A stretch of 62,325 nucleotides of DNA, the filler included, from Squatina squatina (Eukaryota): assembly GCA_031763465.1 (NCBI GenBank). It is 4 parts of 4 records of this genome, joined end to end, with 100 filler letters (N's around TTAATTAATTAA, not from the genome) between each part and the next. Parts side by side here need not be neighbours in the genome. Positions count along the whole stretch, not along the records: positions 48,393 to 62,325 come from JARFOE010000115.1; 3 more parts are not named here. One strand, written 5' to 3'. Below, in pieces: positions 61,867-62,325 of this stretch. A program made the position numbers and the translations under genes. Each line of letters opens with the position of its first letter. Position 1 is the first letter of the stretch. The notes beneath the pieces are model-generated. The model was not told where the DNA came from. It worked only from the letters and a program-made list of their open reading frames with translations, and searched no databases.

Positions 61867-62325
61867 CTACAACAGGGAATAGAAAAGTTAGACCCTGTTT
61901 CAGCGAAGGATTTCTACAGCAGTTGCATTAGAGAAACAAAGAGATTTACAGGAGCAGGATATCAGTTAAATCTTACATTCAAATTAGCAATGCATCATCA
62001 ATATCCTTGGATGTATGGTAAAAACCAGTGTAGAGCAATGAGAAGCATACAGCCTCTTAAAAAATACATTTACTCAATACTATTACTGACCAAGATATTT
62101 ATTTCTATTTCAAACTAGCTAATTTCCCCTAGGGTTTCCCATAGATAGTCTGGAGTCAGGAGCACAGTTGCATCTAGCTATGTTTAACCTGGCCTGTCCC
62201 TTTAAGCCCATTGGTTACCTGAGCAAAGGTTGTCTAAATAGGCACATACTGAAATGAACTAAAGGTTCATTACGGATTTTTTTTGTAGATGGGCAGCAGT
62301 AGGGGTAAATCTTGGGAAGAGGACA

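Overview
Vertebrate genomic DNA, most likely a shark or ray, inferred from CR1 LINEs with (CATAGAAA)n tails, DeuSINEs and a GPR139-like receptor of the elasmobranch expanded type. It is not prokaryotic. The window is four probably unlinked scaffolds joined by artificial N44-TTAATTAATTAA-N44 linkers (18637-18736, 33012-33111, 48293-48392). Scaffold A (1-18636) holds a two-exon GPR139-like GPCR pseudogene between CR1 LINEs, an RTE LINE, and a decayed ~640-codon reading frame (11027-14354). That frame is split by nested MITEs and its stops are mostly TGA. It is the best candidate for something undescribed, possibly an endogenous viral element. Scaffold B (18737-33011) holds calsequestrin (probably CASQ2, + strand) exons convergent with VANGL1 (- strand) exons and a long 3' UTR. 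Scaffold C (33112-48292) is almost all repeats (57-bp and 39/37-bp tandem arrays, CR1, L2, Penelope, MITE) plus an orphan first-coding-exon candidate. Scaffold D (48393-62325) holds two exons of a mARC/MTARC gene (- strand) with unusual substitutions. Homology calls come from recognising peptide motifs from memory, no searches were run, and repeat boundaries are approximate.
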